From positions 29,694,419 through 29,758,418 of the forward strand of contig NC_057719.1 of assembly GCF_004010195.1 (NCBI RefSeq): DNA of 64,000 nucleotides. Reading direction: 5' to 3'. The notes below the pieces were generated by a model. The model had not been told where the DNA came from. It ran no database searches and saw only the letters and a list, made by a program, of their open reading frames with translations. Origin of the DNA: Chiloscyllium plagiosum. Lineage: Eukaryota. Positions 50,638 to 64,000 of the stretch are shown piece by piece. How positions within the stretch are numbered: the stretch's first letter is position 1; each line of letters opens with the position of its first letter. The position numbers and the translations under genes are program-made.

Positions 50638-51349
50638 TGCCGGTAAAAATAATGCATTATTTGAACATACTTGGCCCAGTCTTCAACAGCTGATTCAAAT
50701 GAGTTAAGCTTCCCAAGTAACAGCCTAATGCTTACCCCAACTCAAAGATTACTGTTGAGAGTCAATTTCTTCAGAAGTATGTTTTTCTCTCGTCACCATT
50801 GAATTAACTCTAGAGGGGCTGGTATCGGTCACCAAGTCATCATTTATTTACATATGGAGAGTCCTTAACACTGGTCTAGCCTCCTCAGAGCCAATTCTCA
50901 GTGTCAACAGGATGTCTGACACTCCTGTTTATATCCATTAGCCAGGACTCTGATTTGATCAGGTTAACAGCCCCAACCAGGGAACTCATTCTATGACCTC
51001 GTTACAATCATCACAATTCTAAGCTGACATGCAGAATATTTTCTTACTTCTTTTAAGGAGTTGGGCATTGCCAGTTTAGCCAGCATTTATTACCCATTCC
51101 TAATTGCATTGAGGACAATTGAGGGTTAGCCACTTTGGTCTAGAGTCACATGTTGGCAAAAACAGGTATGGTTGACTGATTTCCATCTCTAAAAGACCAT
51201 TGATCAACCAGACCTTTTTTTTAAAAACAGCAAACAACAATGACTAGTTTTTCACACTTCTACTGAATTGAGGTTTGAACCTACGGCCCCAAACAGTCAT
51301 CTAGATTTCTAGATTAATCGTCAGTTAATTGCCACTTTAAAAACAAAGA

Positions 51350-51945
51350 ACAGTCCACCTTTCTCTTTAACTAAGGTTTCATTGTGGTTGACAATGCCCT
51401 CAGACACGTCTGACCTATTTCCACACTTCTGCCTTCACCCCTTCTCTCGCCTCCCACAATGATAGATTGTACCTCGTCTTTACTTTTCATCCACTAGATT
51501 CCGCATCCAAAGGATCATTTCATTTCCACTATCTCCAGCAAAATGTCAGCATTCCGTCTGCGACAATCTGTTCCACTCTCCTTCTGTTCCCAGCATTTCC
51601 CCACATTTCCACAGCACCATCTCACAGAATCACAGATGATGCAACACTTGTCTGTTTACCTCCTAGTATCCTTCTAGCGATTTTTGTCTCTCAATTATAA
51701 TCTTTTAGTTTGCCTATATCTTTTTGCTCTCTCTGCTCACTGTCTCTTTGTACTCTATTCTCTACTACCACTTCTCTCCCCACAGCCCCCCAAACTTCCA
51801 CCCCATCAACATAAATGCTAGTACCACTTCTCCCCAGTTATTTTCAGTTCTGACGAAGTGTCACAGGCCTCAAAACATTAACTCTGCTTCACTCCCTACA
51901 GATTCTGCCAGATCTGCTGAGTTTCTCCACCACTTTCTATTTATA
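51350..51945 (+). mobile_element. Old Penelope-like fragment with family D pseudo-LTR
   Basis: Resembles 3880-4200; agtt-CTGACGA...AAAACATT-aact at 51846-51883. Confidence 0.6.
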
Positions 51946-52690
51946 TTACCACGATGCCACTGCTTCACTACATTTAGTGAGTTGTAATCCTGTTGATCAA
52001 CACAACACTATCTTTAAGACTTTGGGACTATTCAGTTAATACTACATATGCTGTTTTCCACACTTTGGCAGATGTGGATTTTCCATGGCATATTTCCATT
52101 CCACTTTTTGTTCATGCAAAAATACCTTTGCTTTAACTTGTTCTATTGTTGTCCCTTACTAAATACTGAATCTATGTTGATTTTAGATTGTTACAACTTT
52201 TAGAAAGGCACTTCTATTATTAATAGTTTTTGAGGAGTCATGTCTAAAGAATTGTGAAAAATGATTCAGTTGAAGTACTAAAAAGAGTTCCTGGACCTGG
52301 CTTCGTTTTTTTAAAAAGGAAAAGGTTACTGAAGCTCAACTTGGTTGAAAGAATCAATTACTGCAAGTCACATGGTTTCATCTAACTGCTTTATTAAAGA
52401 ATGAAATCATGTCCTTTCCCTATGTCGCTGGGAAATTCTTAAAAGCTCTTCTTCTCTAAGGTTTCACATTTATTACCAAACCAAACAACCTGACCTCTAC
52501 CAGTACAATGTTTGTATAAATGTCTAAAAGTAGCAAGCTCTTGATTACTCATTGCAGAGAATGGAAAAACGGCTAGACAATTTTGAGTATTAGTAACACA
52601 GAGTATGAGAGTAGGAAAAGCAGAGCCTTTCAGTGGAGGCTGAATTAAGGGAAAAAAAAAATCAATCACCAACGTAGGTTTTGTACTTAC

Positions 52691-52846
52691 GGTTTTAATG
52701 CAGAAGCCAATGGTATTTATTCGCTCCTTAGGCACGTCCTGCAATGAACTAATTTGCTTCTGTAACTTTGCCACAATTTCAGCTTGCTGCCGTCGGATGT
52801 CCTTTATACGCATACGATAATACATTGTCTTTTTCATCACAGTTGA
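52691..52846 (-). CDS. LRRC9: LRRC9 coding exon B (coiled coil)
   Basis: ctcctgtag|TCA...ACC|gtaagt; 156 nt, phase 0-0; STVMKKTMYYRMRIKDIRRQQAEIVAKLQKQISSLQDVPKERINTIGFCIKT. Confidence 0.93.
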
Positions 52847-53293
52847 CTACAGGAGAGGAAAAATTCATCCACTAAATCATACTGCATCTTCATTTCGACA
52901 CTAATGTTAAATGTTTTAGTTTAAAATTATCAATGATAAATTTACTAATTTAAAATAGCAATTTTTTTATACTCATCACCTTTCAAAATTTAAATAGAGT
53001 TTGTAGAAGCACTGAACACTTAAATACAGTAAAAAAAATTGTAAGTTGCTGTTTTTCCTTGAAATGCTATCAAATTACCTATCATGGGTGACATATTATT
53101 TTCACTTTAACCTTACTTACAACTACATTAACGCCATCTAAACATACATTAAAATGAAAAGGGAAAACATGTGGACATTTGTATTTTGATGTCACATGAA
53201 AGGAATGCCAATCTTGTTATCCTACCTGTGCTATTTCTGAAATGGAACAGGGATCATTAAGAGAGAGATGTTTCAGGTATAGTTTAGGTATGT

Positions 53294-53913
53294 TGTTATC
53301 GACCGGACCCTTCAAAGTATTTTAAGAAAATAGCCTAGACCCTAACATTTTCTTATCTTTAAGGCAAATGCTGTGCTCCAGATACAATTTAACTGATAAA
53401 ATTACTCGACCTTAAGCACAACACTTTATTCAAACACAATAGTTAAAATACAACACAAGAAAGATAAACTTAGAATAACAACTCTAATGGAATACTTAAC
53501 AGAATAATAGATACTGTAGTCATTACTAATTAATTGTTCCAATATAGTAAAATCCCATATACACATCTCTTGGCAAAAAGGCAAAATCAGATTTTGGTCA
53601 CATGCAATGACTGTAATATGAAGAGAAACTCCAGCTCTGACTTAAGAGGGAGGGCGAGAATAGCTTCTACTTCAAAACTCTAGCAGCATCTGCTGAATCT
53701 TAAAGCAAAAAACAAAAGTAGATATCCAGGCCTAAGAGAGCTGGTCATGCCCATCCTGACTGCTTCTATTGTTCCAACTTCTTAAAAGAAAAGAACAAGG
53801 CCTCACCACCTGTTTAAGTTACCACAGACTGATCGTCACCTCTTGTTCAATCTCTCTCTCTCTCTCTAGTGAAACCAGGACAAAATATACCTCCTAAAAC
53901 CAGTGTATTCACA
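53294..53913 (-). mobile_element. Solo LTR (4-bp TSD)
   Basis: TGT...ACA termini; TSD atgt at 53290-53293 and 53914-53917; minus-strand AATAAA near 53425. Confidence 0.78.
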
Positions 53914-54339
53914 ATGTTTCAACAAAGGTAAAAGGCAACAAAGCCAATGCCAGACTCAAATGGGTGATGAGAAGATAAGAGAATATGAGGAAACAAACAA
54001 GAGTGTATAATGCATATCAGGTGAATTTTTCAAACAAGAACCAGATCAAATACAACAACGTAAGATAAGTGAAGACACAAGATAGATTAGTAAAGCAAGA
54101 ATGAGAATAAATGGCAGTTAGCATTAAACTGAACCCAAATATCTTCTATAGCACACAACCAGGAAAAAAGTTAGTGAAAACTGCTATAGTCCCAGAGGAT
54201 CACAGGCTGTTCTTTCACTGGATAGAGAAAACTGGTGGTGTGTTTATCCTGACGATCACCACACCTCAAATAATGGGTGAGGTTAAAAAGACAGTGCCTT
54301 AATTTTCACTAGGCAACTTCTCTTGTCTTGGCTTCTTTC

Positions 54340-55385
54340 CTGAAAGCCTGTGGAGTTTCTGACCAAACTGTGGAAGTATGGAATTGATTTTTATTGCTTG
54401 ACAACTCCAACTGAAATCCAGGAACAACACGAACAAATCCACTGCCCTTATTGACCTGATCAAGGGTTTTGACTCAGTTAGTTGAGAAGTGCAATGGGGG
54501 ATTCTGCTTCAACCTCAAGATGACTCAAATCTTTTCCCAATCCATCCCTGGTCAAGTTCCGGTCTATTTGTCTATTAAAGTCAATGAAGAAATCGTCCAA
54601 AAGTGGGACATTTCTTCTACTTGGAAAACTACATCTCATTAATGTTGCAGACATTCAACATCTCATCCAATCTATGACAGCTGCCTTCAGAGGCCTAAGA
54701 ATGAGAGTCTTCGATGGTCATGATACTCATCCTGATGTACAAGACTCATCCATCTGACTATGTGCCTCTAAAACCTATATTCAGTTTTGGCGCCACTTCA
54801 AGACTCTTGAGAAGTACCATCATATTGCTTGAGACACATTCTCCATATCAGCTAAGAGAACAGGGTACCAATATCAGCATCCTTGAAGCAGCTAACACCA
54901 CCAGCATCGTGGCCATGATCATCTGATACCAACTCTGCTGGACTGACCACATGCTTAGGATGCCTAAGTTCGAATTACCAAAGCAAATCCTTTTCACCCA
55001 GCTGAGGGAAGGCAAACAAACAAAAGGAGGACAAGGGAAGTTTTTCAAAGACTCTCTGAAGACTTCCCTCAAGAAATGCAACAAAGATGTCCCATGCATG
55101 GCAGATCCTCATTCAGAAGAAACTGACGTGGATGAAGTCCCTGTATGAAGAAGTACCATTCTTTGAGAACACCCAAAACAAGAGGTGGTACAGAAAAGGA
55201 ACTGGAGAAAGGAAAGTCAACAATCTTAAAAGATAAAGACCAATCCATCTCCCAGAAAGACATGCCAAATGCATGGTCTAAGAGTAGGCTCATCAGATAT
55301 GCAAAGATCCACATGACCAATGACACAGAATTTCCTAGGTGGATAATCATACTAGTCAGATAGGAATTGCTGACAATGACAATTT
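54340..55385 (+). mobile_element. RTE-clade LINE fragment, decayed
   Basis: HMLRMPKFELPKQILFTQLREGKQTKGGQGKFFKDSLKTSLKKCN. Confidence 0.85.
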
Positions 55386-56820
55386 GATACTGGAATATGT
55401 AAATAGGGATAAGGATGGGTGGGGCCTATTTACAGCAAAAGGGATGTTATATGCTTAATGACATGCAGTGAAAAATCTGCTGATTATATGGGTGAGGGTA
55501 CAAATTTAATTTTTTTGAGTAAGTGATAACAGGTGATATGCAGATGTGCTTTTTTAAAAAAGTAGCAAGTGCTTAGAACTTGGAACTCTCAGCTCACAAT
55601 GTCAGTGAAAATGGAGACATTTAATTAGTTCAAAAGGAAGGTGGACAAGCATTTGAGGGAAATAAACTTATGGGGCTCTATGGATAGAGTGGATAATGGC
55701 ACTGAGTAGATTCATTTACAGAAAACAGATGTTTTTTATTGCCAAACAATTTCCTTTCATGCTGGAATAACATTATATGCAGGTGTATCCAATCGATGGA
55801 TCTAGCCTATTTTACAACAATTAGTTTTAGTGTTATGTGTAATGTTGACTGTGTATTTGTAGTTAAGTCAATAACATCACATCAAGTGAGCATTTATGGT
55901 TGCATCTTTGTTGTTAAATAAAAAAGGCCATATAGTTCAGTTCATATGTAAGGATCCATCTTTTATGGATTGCTTGATTGCAGAGTACTTTGAGGGTTCT
56001 TTTTGAAGCCACATTGACTTAACTTTGGAATTTAAGAATGCTTTTAAAAAAAAGACAGCCAATCTAAATGATATTGCTGGTAACAGTGTGGCTCCTATCA
56101 CAGTGTGGGGGGGGATACTTAGAGGTAGCATGCTTGCAGTGAGACAGCATTGAGCATTGAATCTAGAGGTGCCATGCTACGAGTGAGGTTGTACATCAAG
56201 AGGCTACATCCTATCTAAGCAATGCCTATCTCTCCCAGTGCGATAACCAAGGTTTCAGAGCTGTCAGTCCTCAGTATCTAAACCTTGCCTGCCACCCTTA
56301 ATTGAACAGAGAGCCCGGTGGTGACCAACTAGGAGGCCAATAAAATTGCTGAACCAGTCTCATTGCCATCAAGTGTGATTTCGGGACACTGATTTGATCC
56401 CAAAACTCAATAATATATCCTGGTATTATACAATTTCAGATTCACAAATCACAAATAAATAATAGTGAAGGGGGGTCTGGTTTCACATTGACTATGTATA
56501 TCTGTTGCTTTGCTGTGAGTAGACCTATCTTAACATTCCTGGGCCTTCTCAATATGTGTCTAACTCAGTGTTCTCTTGTTTAATTATGAACAAGAAGCTG
56601 GTTTTCTTATAGCTATGTGGAAGTTCCTACCATATTTGGTAAAGGTAACAGAGACAAGCGCATTATGCTGAGTTTCTTTTTGTGCAGGACATAAACATCT
56701 CCAGCAGGCTAGAAGGTAAGTGAGAAAAACCCCTGTTTGAAATACGCAGGAGTTCCATTATTATATTTAAATAATTTAGCAGTATTCAATCATTTGATAC
56801 ATTTACTTTCATTGTAATAT

Positions 56821-57011
56821 TGTTATGAAGTTGAATGTGTGCATTGTACTTTTAAGAGAGAGTGAATGCTGTATTGCACAGAGAGCTTACAAGCACCTGT
56901 AATAGCACTAGCTAGTAGTCCCAGAGTGTACTGGAGAATGGAAAATATGTAACATTTGGCTGTGAAATGGATACTTGAGTTGGTTGCTGTTTTGACAGCA
57001 ATCAAATTTAA
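56821..57011 (+). mobile_element. LTR 5' fragment, same family as 9180-9926
   Basis: tgttatgaagttgaa...gagcttacaagcacctgt...taacatttggctgtgaaat shared with 9180-9370. Confidence 0.88.
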
Positions 57012-57102
57012 CTGCATCTGCAGTGAAACTGTTATTTTGAAATGTTTGCTATTGTGCAAAGAAAAGGAGAAATACTCTACTAAAAATCAGAATATTAAAT
57101 CA

Positions 57103-57294
<192 letters not shown>

Positions 57295-59734
57295 CTAGAA
57301 AAGTAAATTAGAAAGAACATAGACTCTTAAAGAAGTCTGGTGTAACACATCTTAAAAAGTATCATGTTTTAAAAAGGGTTGGTAGCTTGGAGCTTAAGCA
57401 TTCTTAAAAAGTACTGGTATGCTTAATTTGTTAACAAATAATTTTGTGGCACACAACTGTAAAAAATCACAAAAGGTATTCTACAAAATAAATTAGTTAT
57501 AACTATTTTCTGGGATTAAGTTTCATTTGTTTTAAACCACTGGGTGTTAAATATTCTATCACAGTTCAGTTACTCATAATGCCAAAGGAAACCAAAAATC
57601 CGACAGCATGCTAAAATAGGCAGATGATTCACTGATACCCAGCCATAAAACTAAAAAGACTAATTGCACAGGGCAGACGCTTATGGTGACTCAACACAAG
57701 ATTAAACAAGGGATCTTATTGTTACATGCTCTGTACATATGATTAATTAAAATGAAAGAATGATATTTCCATTGAGCAATTCTTAATGTTTCACAAAAAT
57801 CTCAAAAGCAGTTGATACACATGAATTATTTGAACATTTAGTCAGTGAGGTTATGGGCAAAATCCCACAACTGGCAGTGAGGTAAGTGATGCAATCAGTA
57901 ATTTGTTGCTGCTAGATGAGAAAGCAATACTTTCTAAGACTCTGGGTGAACTTCCTTCTCCTGTTTGATTGGTGACATGGAATAACATCCACTCAACTAA
58001 ATAATAGGCAGATGAGAGCTCAGTTTAATGTCTCAAAAGGACAAGACCTTTCACATTGCAGCGGAGGGGGGTTGGCAGTGTAGTGATAATAAGCACTGGA
58101 CTACTAATTCAGAAGCTCAGGGTAATGTTTGGAGGCTTGGGTTCAAATCTCCCATAATAGATGGTGTAATTTAAATTCAATTAACAATAAATCTAGAATA
58201 TAAAACTAGGTCCAGTGATAGTGACCGTGATAACCACTTTTGCAAATCCACTCTCATTCACTAATGATGTTTCAGGGAAGTGAATTTGTCATCCTTACTC
58301 ATCTGGTCTATAACAGACCCCAGATCCACAGCAAGCACTTAATAAAGTAGTTAAAAGTTAAATAGTAAATCAGCCACTCAATTCAAAGGCAACTAGGGAT
58401 AGACAACAAATGATAATCTTGCTAATTCCACCCACATCTCCCACTATCATTTTAAAATCTTTCAATATTGCAGTTGAGATCATGTGTTCCAATTCCAAGA
58501 AAATGGCTTGGCCTTGACAACATTTGGTACAAAGACTAAATTTCCACCAAATGAGCCACTTTTATTGTTAATTCGATATGAAGTGATTTTCTTTTTGTTT
58601 TTAAGTGTTTTATAGAAATACAATGGCACTTTCTCTTGAAGAATGTTCACAAATTGCTGCCAGAGCTCAAAGCAAACAATATTTATTTCCAAATGACTCC
58701 AGTGTTCAATATGACTGTCAAGTACTTTGAAAAGTCCAGTTCTTATCATTTGAAATAATGCTGTGAAAATAAAAAAGATGACAGAATGTTCAACGGAGTT
58801 GAATAAATTGAGCTAGGAATCGTTGAGGTTTTTGGCAAATGGCAATTGTTTAGAAGCGTATCATCATGTTAGTTTTTTTATACATAAGATCAGACTTGTC
58901 GTTCTTTACAGCCTCAAATTTCTCCTACCTTCCTACATATTTCCATAACTGAGAAGGCATTCAATTTAAATCCAAAGCCTTGCCAATGCTATGCAGCAAA
59001 TGGCTTTTTGAAAATTTGTGAAAGTAACAGAATAATATGTTCACTGCAACAGAGTAGAGCCTTCAGTGATTTTTAATCTCTCTTTTATGTGTATGTTTTG
59101 GACCTGATTTGTAGTTTTAATTATTAATTTTCATGACTTCTAATCAGCTTTAGTTCAATGACAGCACTTACACTTTATGACTTCAGAGACTAATTCCAGA
59201 GTCTAGAGTGTATAATTTTCTAGAGGTACTACTTCTTGTGCCATATTTTCATTGAGACATTAAAATAAGATCCCGTGTAACCTTCTCCAATTAATGCTAT
59301 GAAGGCATTCAATGAGGAACAGAGGCATATGCTTGATGTTCTTGCTAATATTTCATCACTGACTGTCCAGCATATTGGATGTCCTAAGGTTATGAAAGGT
59401 GTCATATACATCCTCTTATGAGGAAATTTCTAGAGATTGAAGGTGAAATAGATGCACAATAGTGAACCCATATAAACACTATCTAAATCTATTAAATCCC
59501 AGTGCACACATTATTCAATACCACACAAATAACAGGAATTATTTTTCAGGAATTTAAGCTGCCATCTTATTTGCTTTATAATGATCTGTACTACAGACAA
59601 AGATGCAAAAATATAGATATAAATGTGGAAATTAGGAAGTTGCTCTCAAAGGTGAAACTTTTCTGAAAACATTTCCCCCTGACTAAATGCATTAAGGAGC
59701 ATTAATTTGCTATATATGACTTTTCAAGTACACC

Positions 59735-61045
59735 TTGCATCGACCTGGCAAAGGAAACACTTACCATGCTTTTAGAAGAGACCAGCACACACACCCCAAC
59801 CACCATCAATCACATTACCAACGAAGACATTATGAAGCTAGGGGACCTGTACCTCACCACCCACTTCACCTTCAAGAACATAATCTACAAACAAACCAAC
59901 AGCACACCCATGGGATCTCCACTATCAGGATTCATAGCAGAAGCGGTAATGCAAAGACTAGAACAAACAGCCCTACTAACCATCAAACCCAAAAATCTGG
60001 GTCTGCTACATAGATGACACCTTTGTCATCACAAAACGAAACTAGATAGAAGAGACATTTAACATCATCAACAACACCCTCACAGGCATAAAGTTCACCA
60101 AGGAGGAAGAAACCTACAACAAACTCGCATTCCTGGACGTCACAGTCGAAAGAAGACAACGGAGAACTACAAACCTGCGTATACAGAAAACCGACAAACA
60201 CTGACCAAATACTTAACCACACCAGCAACCATCACAACACATACAAACGAAGCTGTATCAGAACACTATTCCAGCAAGCCACCTCACACAGACGAAGTTC
60301 GGAAAACAGAGGGGAACCACCTATACAACGTATTCAAGAAGAACGGATCTTCAAAAAATACAGTCTGCAGATTCCTCAAGAACAAACCAGGGCAAGCAGA
60401 CCAAACACAGCCAGAAACCCTAACCACCTTACCATACAGCAAAGAAGTTTCAGAAATGACAGCCAGACTACTAAGACCCCTCGGAATCCTAGTAGCACAT
60501 AAACCCACCAACACTCTCAAACAAAAACTAACAAACTTAAAAGACCCAGTACAACCTATGGACAAAACCAATGTTGTCTATAAAATTCCATGCAAGAACT
60601 GCCACAAACACTACGTAGGACAAACAGGAAGAAAGTTAGCCATCAGGATACACGAACACCAGCTAGCCACAAAAAGACACGACCCTCTCTCCCTTGTAGC
60701 CCTACACACGGAGGAAAAAAAACCACCATTTCGACTGAGACAACACATCTATACTGGGACAGGCTAAGCCAAGACATGCCAGAGGATTCCTAGAGGCCAG
60801 GCACTCCAACCACAATGCCATAAACAAACACATAGATCTAGGTACCATCTATCAACCCCTCAGAAAACGAACAGGAAATGACATCACCACAAACCCCAGG
60901 AACCCCATCCAGGACAAACATATAAATAGAAAGCAGGAGACAACAGCTTCGCTTCACTTGGAGGTCGTCACTGATGATGTTACCTAGCCAGATAATGAAA
61001 TGCCTGGATATCGAAGCTACAGCTCAGCAAGCAAACCTACACCCC
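59735..61045 (+). mobile_element. Penelope-like family B element (RT, GIY-YIG, pseudo-LTR), 5'-truncated
   Basis: YKQTNSTPMGSPLSGFIAEAVMQRLE, YIDD, VVYKIPCKNCHKHYVGQTGR; hammerhead-like motif at 60968-61007. Confidence 0.93.
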
Positions 61046-61649
61046 ACAAAATAAACTTGCCTGAAAACATTCGGATTTATTCATTTCATACTTGTATGCT
61101 TTATTATTGCATACTCACAATGACTGTCAAATGATCTCTCCAGTACTAAAGCTTGATCAATGTGGAGTTATAGTCCTTCAGATTTCAATTGTTGATGGAG
61201 ATTTTTTTAAAAAAGAATTTCCTTCCATCTCTTTAATAATCTCTTAACATTAAATTTTTATTTTCCTTGCTTAATTCACCTTTTTGAATTCAATGTCAAA
61301 TTATGTACAGTGTTCAAATTTACACTTTCTGGTTCAGACATTTTAGGTTCACTGAATAATTCTTCAATCTAATTGGTCGAAGAGATGCGCAAGTACCTTG
61401 GCTGGAGTTTAGAAAGTCCACTTCGTAATAGAAACATGCAGCTACAGCTACTGATCAAGTGAGCATAGGTGAGTGTACTCAACAAATAAAATAGGTTACT
61501 AGTCAAGTCTTTTGGGCCACTGCAAAGTTATGTGGCTAGGATCAATTTGGAATTAATTAAACAAACCCTAGGAAATTCAAATGTAATTCAGTCCACATTT
61601 TAAAGCCTTACATTTAGCCCTTATTTTTAAACACCAAATCTGATAATTT

Positions 61650-62395
61650 GGTGAGCAGGAGTAGGCTATTCACTTCTTCAAGCATGTTGTCATTCAAAAT
61701 GATTATGGTTGATCAGCAACTCAGGAACCTGTTCCCACTTCCTCCCCTTAGCCTTTGATCCTTCAGTACTAAGAACTGTATCTAATGCCTTCTCGACAGC
61801 ATTCAATGTTTTGGCCTCAACTGCTTTCTGTGACAGAGAATTCCATAGGCTCACCATTCTTAGTAAAGAATGTTGCCTCATCTCAGTCCTAAATGGAACC
61901 TCCTGTATTCTCAAACCATGACCCCTGGTTCTGGACTCCCATGTCACCGGGAATGCCCTTCCTGTGTTTACCTCTATAGTGCTTTAGAAATTTATAGATT
62001 TCTTCTAAATAGTGGTGATATAGTCCTAACCTAGTGGGGCGGCACAGTGACTCAGTGGTTAGTACTGTTGCGTCACATCACCAGGGTCCTGGGTTCGATT
62101 CCAACCTCAGGTGACTGTGTGGAGTTTGCACATTCTCCCACTGTCTGCGTGGGTTTCCTCCGGTTTCCTCCCACAGTCCAAAGATGTGCAGGCTAGGTGA
62201 ATTGGCCATGCTTAAATTATCAATTAGGTACATTAGTCAGAGGGGAAAAGGGGTTTGGGTGTGGTCCTGTTGGGCGAAGGGGCCTGTTTCCACACTGTAG
62301 GGAATCTAATCTATCCAGTCTCCCCTCACAAGTCAGTCCTGCCATCTCAGGAATCAAATTGCTAAACCTTTATGGCACTCCCTTCATAGCCAGAA
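61650..62395 (-). mobile_element. CR1 3' fragment interrupted by an HE1-like SINE
   Basis: ESRTRGHGLRIQEVPFRTEMR...LWNSLSQKAVEA. Confidence 0.82.
62036..62313 (+). mobile_element. HE1-like tRNA-derived V-SINE
   Basis: A box tgactcagtgg at 62048-62058; B box ggttcgattcc at 62092-62102; V-domain tgtgtggagtttgcacattctccc...gggtttcctcc; CR1-like 3' end. Confidence 0.88.
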
Positions 62396-63649
62396 CATCC
62401 ATTGTCTCACCAAGACCCTTTATGATTGTAGCTTGTTGTGTAAAGTATAGCAGCTTATGAATTAAAAAATACTTAGAATGCAAAAACAGAATAAAGATGT
62501 AAGAGCAGTTGATATCACTGAAGCAGAAAGGTTTCCATGCTAGGCCTGATTTTGTAATGCATAATTAGTAGCTTTCAACTGTGTTGTGTGCTAATAACGT
62601 ACAGTCCTCACAATTTACATTATTCACCCTTGTTCCAGGCCACTGCCGTCATAATTGAATTTCAGAGGCACTGTTTATAACATATTAAGCCACCAGCAAT
62701 TGTCTATTGTCAAAAAACAACCCATCTAGTTCACTCATGTCCTTTAGGGAAGGAAATCAGTCATCCTTACCTGGTGTAGACCCACATAATGTGGTTGACT
62801 CTTAACTTCCCTCTGAGCAACTAGAAATGGGCAATAAATAATGGTCTAGCCAGAGATGCCCACTTCTCATGATCAAACAGAGAAAAAAAGAAACAATTGA
62901 TTGAAGCAGCTTGTTGTAGCAACCCATGACTAAAGTTGAGAAGATGGCAGCCTGGGGCTTTTTTAGTTGACACAAGATGGCTGAAAGGGGGTTGACAGCC
63001 TACATACAGATGTTCACAGCTAGACCCATGGTGTCCTCATAGAGATACTGGATAAGATGAGATTCTCCGTAGGGATAAAAATTAGGAAAATCAATCAGGT
63101 TTCTGTAAACAGGCAGTTCTAAATATAAGCATTTTAACAAGGAACAGTTTTGAAAGGCCTAGTTTAGCCGCAGTTTCAAGTTTGTAATTTAGAAAAAAGT
63201 AGAAGAAAACATCTGATCTCTCAGTATTCTGAATTCATTAGGTAATTGTAGAATTGGAAAGGCAAAATAGTATGAAAAGGTTAGTTGGATTCTTTGAGCA
63301 AATCTTTGTAGGCAGTGCATTATTATGAAAGATACAGTAATAATAGATGGTGTAAACACAACCTTAAAAAAACCATTGGCACAGGAGGAGAGCAGAGGAA
63401 GATTGTAAAAAGAGAGAGGTCACAACTAGGGAGAGATAAAAAAAATTGAAACAATGCATATGTAGATAACTTGAACAAATTCTTACATCCAAAGATCAAG
63501 GATAAGTGACAAAGCCAAATTACAACATACAGAGAGTGAAGATGTGGCTATGTGGTTATTTGTGGAATCTAAACAAGTTTTGTTTAAAGACTTCATAAAG
63601 CTGTAAAGTGATTGAATTTTACCCTTGTCAGTGGAATTTGATTAGATGT

Positions 63650-63768
63650 TTTTGGATGTAAGTTTGCTCACTGAGCTGGGAGGTTCATTTTCAGATGTGC
63701 ACTATGATACTAGGCAACATCATCAGTGAGTCTCCAGTGAAGCATTAGTGCTGTGACCCGCTTTTATT
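63650..63768 (-). mobile_element. PLE family B pseudo-LTR fragment, decayed
   Basis: Similar to 45990-46350; tca-CTGATGA...tga with GAAA lost. Confidence 0.75.
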
Positions 63769-64000
63769 AAAAGATGATTAGTAATGGAAAGTGTTCTGCA
63801 GCTACAGTGAGAAAGGGGTTGTTTTCAATTTGTCAGTCATATCACAGAATTGTAGTAACTTTATTATTTGAGTTGATTTTAAGGACTTCATAACAATTGG
63901 TAGAATTTAATATCCTTCCTAATATCCCACACTAAAATTAGTATAGAAGAGTTCTTAGTGAGGAGCAAGTATTTACGTTATTGGTAAACAATGCAATGCA

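Larger units (their letters stand above)
47530..51015 (-). mobile_element. Gypsy element 5' part (LTR, PBS, gag, protease) interrupted by CR1 and Rex1
   Basis: Minus LTR 50800-51015 (TGT...TCA) followed by PBS-like TGGTGACGAG at 50789-50798; gag LLGKLNSFESAVEDWAKYV; gag remnants at 48600-49400 ending NIWLNGHPVLVE; protease tail LPLTVVKGSGTSLMG at 47530-47760. Confidence 0.8.

Noticed and set aside
58480..58760. Acceptor-like ttttattttcacag followed by an 89-aa minus ORF, as a possible upstream LRRC9 exon
   Set aside because: No LRR pattern in any frame and no suitable phase-0 donor; the open frame ends in a stop. No convincing LRRC9 exon was found in 57300-64000.
62036..62110. tRNA gene
   Set aside because: The A/B boxes belong to a SINE head followed by a V-domain and LINE-like tail; no full cloverleaf.

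Overview
Vertebrate genomic DNA, almost certainly from a cartilaginous fish (it carries an HE1-type V-SINE plus abundant CR1 and Penelope-like elements). The window lies inside one minus-strand gene, LRRC9. Nine GT-AG exons (57294 down to 2280) splice with consistent phases into a 1386-nt, 462-codon open frame covering the end of the N-terminal LRR block, a coiled-coil linker and an ADP-ribosyltransferase (ART/PARP)-like domain. Both gene ends lie outside the window or were not recognised. The introns are a nested stack of retroelements: CR1, RTE, Rex1/Babar, L1, Gypsy, solo LTRs, SINEs and several Penelope-like element (PLE) families. The strongest hidden signal is a set of minimal type-I hammerhead ribozyme motifs (CUGANGA-stem II-GAAA-palindromic stem III-UH) in the PLE pseudo-LTRs. 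About 15 intact or decayed copies show stem I and stem II covariation across families. Several are mobilised as tiny TSD-flanked, often fold-back cassettes, and several lie sense to the LRRC9 pre-mRNA. Exon, TSD and motif coordinates were read base by base; boundaries of old repeats are approximate. Homology calls are from recall, not database searches.
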